A DNA stretch of 62,445 bases, filler included, from Globobulimina sp. (lineage: Eukaryota): assembly GCA_003354225.1 (NCBI GenBank). It is 26 parts of 26 records of this genome, joined end to end, with 100 filler letters (N's around TTAATTAATTAA, not from the genome) between each part and the next. Parts side by side here need not be neighbours in the genome. Positions count along the whole stretch, not along the records: positions 57,738 to 60,041 come from PIVH01007510.1; positions 60,142 to 62,445 come from PIVH01007511.1; 24 more parts are not named here. The stretch is one strand, 5' to 3'. The notes under the pieces were generated by a model, which ran no database searches, had not been told where the DNA came from, and was given only the letters and a program-made list of their open reading frames with translations. Position numbers and translations under genes: made by a program. This document shows, one piece after another, positions 58,116-62,445 of this stretch (within the stretch, counting starts at the first letter, position 1; every line of letters begins with the position of its first letter).

Positions 58116-59735
58116 TCAAAGCATAGCAAATTGTCTTTTACAAACTGTAAACTCAATAGTTTTATTTGGTTTTGTTAACACTCCATACGTTGGCCGTATT
58201 GCATTAATTTGGTTATTTGTGGATTGTTTTAATTCCAATTTAAATTTTGTTAAAACATTAACTAAAAATATTAATGCTTGCGTTTGAAACACCTTTTCTC
58301 CGCAACATATTCTATCGCCTAAACCACCAAATACATTCCAATTTGCATCAATAACATTCTCTTTATTATCACTTTGATGTCTGTCTGGTTTAAATGTAAA
58401 TGGATGCGTCCATTGTTTTTTATCAGTATTAATAGCCGCTAAATCCACAATAATTGGCATTTTTGCTGGAACTTTTACTTTTTTTTTCCTTCCAAATTGC
58501 AATGTATTTAAAATAATATCGCCCTCATTACAAACCCTCGCTGTCCATGATTTAATTGCTGTGATTCGCAATGATTCAACAATCACATTCTTACAATATT
58601 TTAATTGCATTAATTTATCCATATATTCATTATATTGCTTACATTTATTACCATCATCAAATTTACACATTTCAGCCATTTCTTTCTCCTCAAAAACACC
58701 ACCAATTTCATCAATAATCTTTGTTTGAATCTGATTATGTTTGGCAATAAAATAAGACATCCATAACAATCCATAATATACTTTATATATTCCATTCATA
58801 ATTGTTACAATCTCATCCAATATACATTCATTATTCGGATATAATTCATTATTCTCTTTAAAATGGCTAATAAAACAATGTTTGTCCTTTACTGTTGCTG
58901 TTATACCCAACATTTTATTAATATTAAATTTTAATTCTTTCATTAATTTCTCATTATCTGTCACCGAACCATGGCCATATAATCTCTGCTCCATCGCTGC
59001 AAAGCATTGCTTATAATTCTCCACAATCTCAGCGATTAATTTCTTATTATCATCATTGCCAAATATTGCATATATTGCTGATTGTGCTGCAAATAGAAAT
59101 AAATCTCTTTCCATATCGATATCATTTGCTTGATTGGTATTTAATTTCTCAGTCCATTCATTAGTGATATTATTAATCATTTTATGTTGATTATGTATTA
59201 ATTTTTGAATATTTTCTTTTCCATACATTTTATGAAATATTTTGCTCATTTTTGCATGATAAATATGCCCGTTTGCAAATTCAATGCTATTCAGACCAAC
59301 GAATGGTATTAATCCTTGATATAATAATAATGGTTTGCAATCTAAATTTTTTAATATTTCTTTATTCTGTGGTTCGGATAAGATTGCTTGTGATGATATG
59401 TATGCAATTCGTGTTTGTCCCCAATAAAACGCACCGATTGGACCATATATACGGCTTAATCCGGCAATATATTCATGCAATGAGCCACATTTCGATAATT
59501 GTGATAAATTCCCAGTTTGTGCATCAGTGGCGTTTGGTCCTGGTATTGACAATGGATCGGATGATATTCGATGTTGCCGTTTATTCCACCATTTTAACAT
59601 TATTGTAGCGAGAAATAACATGACTGAAAATATCATCGCAAAATAGCGCAGTTCTTCTGAATTGGACCATTTAGCCACACCATAGACGCATGCAAATAGT
59701 CCAATGGCAAAGCCCCGACTCGCTTTAAACTGCAT
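58116..59735 (-). CDS. Cytochrome P450, CYP20-like
   Basis: N-terminal TM, IPGP..GNL..GSLHEY..YGPI, ExxR (ESLR), PDRH, heme FGGLGDRICCG. Confidence 0.92.
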   Translation of the reverse strand: MQFKASRGFAIGLFACVYGVAKWSNSEELRYFAMIFSVMLFLATIMLKWWNKRQHRISSDPLSIPGPNATDAQTGNLSQLSKCGSLHEYIAGLSRIYGPIGAFYWGQTRIAYISSQAILSEPQNKEILKNLDCKPLLLYQGLIPFVGLNSIEFANGHIYHAKMSKIFHKMYGKENIQKLIHNQHKMINNITNEWTEKLNTNQANDIDMERDLFLFAAQSAIYAIFGNDDNKKLIAEIVENYKQCFAAMEQRLYGHGSVTDNEKLMKELKFNINKMLGITATVKDKHCFISHFKENNELYPNNECILDEIVTIMNGIYKVYYGLLWMSYFIAKHNQIQTKIIDEIGGVFEEKEMAEMCKFDDGNKCKQYNEYMDKLMQLKYCKNVIVESLRITAIKSWTARVCNEGDIILNTLQFGRKKKVKVPAKMPIIVDLAAINTDKKQWTHPFTFKPDRHQSDNKENVIDANWNVFGGLGDRICCGEKVFQTQALIFLVNVLTKFKLELKQSTNNQINAIRPTYGVLTKPNKTIEFTVCKRQFAML

Positions 59736-59801
59736 TATTATAATTTAATAAAAAAGTCCAGTTAAAAACTGCTTTTTATCTTGCACAGTTAATAGATAAT
59801 A

Positions 59802-60041
59802 ATGACTGTTGGAGATTACTCCGGAGGCGATTGTGGGAAATTGGAGTGGGGCTTTTGTTGTGGAGGCTGGTTTCTTATTGTTGGCACAATTGCTTTGGTT
59901 GGTGCCGTTGTCTCGTTTGTTGAATATAAATCATTGAAAAATGCAGAAATGACGGAATGTTTCTATGTTGATAGTATAAAAGAAGATTGTACCATCACTT
60001 CAACAGGAAAAGGTAGTTCAACCTCCTGCTGAACCGGAACC
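59802..60041 (+). CDS. Cys-rich membrane protein N-terminus
   Basis: TM segment followed by a Cys-containing loop; TGA at 60030-60032 just before the contig end. Confidence 0.45.
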
Positions 60042-60141
60042 NNNNNNNNNNNNNNNNNNNNNNNNNNNNNNNNNNNNNNNNNNNNTTAATTAATTAANNN
60101 NNNNNNNNNNNNNNNNNNNNNNNNNNNNNNNNNNNNNNNNN

Positions 60142-62445
60142 GAGCACATTCAAGAGCGTGTTGCCAAATTGCAATATTTACAACAGTCATCAGCTGATTT
60201 CGAGTTATTTAAAAAGAATGGCATGGATTCATTAGACATATCGGTGGTGGATGTAAGCTCAACCTCTGTTTGTTTGGCCTGGAGAGCGAAACACGAAGCA
60301 AATAAAATATGGCCCGATTGCTATATATTGCAAATGAAAAGTAATAAAATAAATAAATGGCTAACCATCATGAAAGGGGATGGCCGACAGTGGCTAATCA
60401 ACAAAGGTTTAGTCGCGAGAAGAAAATACTATTTTCGCATGCAACCACTCCATATACAATTAGCAATTCGTGGCAAATGGACACAGACTGTGTCGGTTAC
60501 CACCTTACCAGATTTGACCTGGAATTGCAATGGCAATGCCAATGCGAATGCGAATTATAATATTATTAATAATAAGAAAATATTAAGCCGAAGTTCGAGG
60601 AGTTGTGTTGAATATTTTAATGGCAATACCCGTGTGATATTACAATCGGGCGGCGATCGATGGAGAACCATCACTGCGAACAAAGGTTTTAAGGGTGGTC
60701 GGCGATCGTGGACCATAAACATATTCAAATCCGAGCGTACCTTTATATTTGTCGGGGTCTGTACAGCCGACGCAAATATTGACACATTTTGTGGTGGGGA
60801 TCAGTATGGCTTTGGATATTTTTTACAGGATAGATATCGATATCATAATCGTGGCAAAATATCTGCAGAGCGGGTCGCTTCGGCGCATAAATTTCAAAAA
60901 GATGATGAAATCACATTAACTTTGGATTTTAAGCAACAATCGTTGTCAATGAGTGTGAATAATGTAAAACATGGTGAATTATTCTGTGGCTGCTTTGATT
61001 CGAACTCGACCGAGCATTGGTTCCCTGCGGTCAGTTTGTATCATCGTGGTGATGGCGTTGAATTTGTGGATAAGGATCCGGATAAAAACGAGAATTCAAA
61101 ACATGTCACAGACAAAAGCAATAAAAATGAGAAACATGTCACAGATTCAGTTGAAAAAAAACAAATGGAACCGTTTGAACAAACATTTATTAATTTTAAG
61201 GATACCTTTTTTTTATCCAAAGCTTTAGCTTTATGTAATGGGCAATTTATAGCAAAAGATGTAATGGCGAATGCGTATTGTGAGTGGAAATCGTGGTATT
61301 CTGATACAATCCGAGTGGTTTGCACCATGCACCAGACTCTGTTTATTGATATCGACCATCAAAAATGCATTAAATTGCTGAATGGATATAAACCAAATGA
61401 TAGTATTGACACAGCAAAATCGTTTGGTACATTTAAGTTATTAGGTTTAGCTCGAAATGATCATTATGACACTGCAGATTTTTCTGAATTTTATTATATC
61501 CGCCAAGGAGAGAGCGAGACGCTAAAAGGTTGCATTCGCGCCTTACTCAAAGAAATTGATAATAATGATAATGATAATAATGACATTAATTATGAAAGTA
61601 AAGAAGAAAAGGAGGAAAAATGGGAGAAAGAGATGTCAGATTTTATCTGTTCAGTGTCAGATTCATCGATATGGACACACGAAGTGGACAGTTTATTATT
61701 ATGCGCCGTAAATGAGATTGCAGCACGACTCGATGTCTCTGTTTGGTCCCTATTAAGTGTCGATTTGTTCCAATTGAATGTTGTAAATATTATTAATAGT
61801 GTTGATATTGATATTATTATAAATATTAAATCATTAACACAAAGATTTATTTTATTAAAAATATTTAATCGCTCATTATCGTTTATTTTGCCATTTATCT
61901 CGTTTGATATATATATGGATGATTTAAATGAGGATTTAAATAATTACCGGTGTGGCTCATCCATTTGTAAGTATTTATTTATTATTAAATCGTTGATTGC
62001 GTCCGATTTAAAAAATAATTTATTAGAAAAGTTAATATTTAATACACATACACTAACCGCAGCAAATGAGGATCCCTACGAAGACCCACCATCACTGAAA
62101 CAAGTGAGCATTAATCGCCATAAAGCCAGAAAGGGCAAAGAGATGAATAAAATGAATAATTGCGTGTTTTATCAGTTATATACGCAATTGAAACATTTAG
62201 ATGACAGTGATTTGCGTAGGAATTATGTGGCAAAATTAGATGATGGACAAGAGAGGACATTTAAAGTCAAGTTCTTTGGTGAAGGTGTACAAGATAACGG
62301 TGGTCCATATCGGGAAACCTTTCATGAACTCATTGATGAGGTATTTAATGAAAAGAATATGTTGCCATTGTTCATTGCCTCACCAAATTCTAAATATAAT
62401 GATGGTGTGATCCAAGATAAATATATCCCAAATCCATCCTGTTTA
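60142..62445 (+). CDS. Large FN3 + SPRY + HECT E3 ubiquitin ligase, internal fragment (768 codons, absent from the ORF track)
   Basis: Frame 1 open across the whole contig: SSTSVCLAW..KYYFR (FN3); FIFVGVCT..EITLTLDF..WFPAVSLY (SPRY); FKVKFLGEGVQDNGGPYRETF..LPLFIASPN (HECT). Confidence 0.92.

Noticed and set aside
1950-60032. Genome-wide stop-codon reassignment
   Set aside because: TAA, TAG and TGA all end genes normally here, and long ORFs contain no internal stops; only isolated cases were seen
1-62445. Uniform ~2.3-kb units as nanochromosomes or a gene cluster
   Set aside because: Lengths reflect size-sorted contigs, the ends cut through genes, and there are no telomeric caps

Overview
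This window is not one locus. It is 26 unrelated contigs of about 2.3 kb, sorted by length (2307 down to 2304 bp) and joined by 100-nt artificial spacers (N44-TTAATTAATTAA-N44), so nothing can be inferred from adjacency across a spacer. Most contigs are AT-rich, gene-dense eukaryotic nuclear DNA in the standard code with short (40-180 nt) GT-AG introns. The gene families and motifs suggest a rhizarian, probably a foraminiferan, and possibly a single-cell-amplified assembly (inference). Recognisable genes include FANCI, FANCM, a two-pore channel, RBR, HECT and RING-CH E3 ligases, a THUMP methyltransferase, a mitochondrial carrier, a MAPK, G-alpha, a TTLL, an Ole1-type desaturase, a CYP20-like P450 and an intron-containing bacterial-type acyl-CoA ligase. 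There is also a Penelope retroelement with a minimal hammerhead motif and a PIF/Harbinger transposon. Two contigs are bacterial/eukaryote chimeras: one carries nuoB, the other an integron-like cassette array with a very short 48-bp attC-like site. The best leads are: a Harbinger element whose introns are built from a 13-bp palindrome and a shared foldback element; a nuclear F1-alpha paralog lacking its P-loop and arginine finger; the minimal attC; single in-frame stops at probable Trp positions; and several pseudo-enzyme fusions. Scattered single-base indels indicate imperfect base accuracy. All family assignments come from motifs read by eye, not from database searches.
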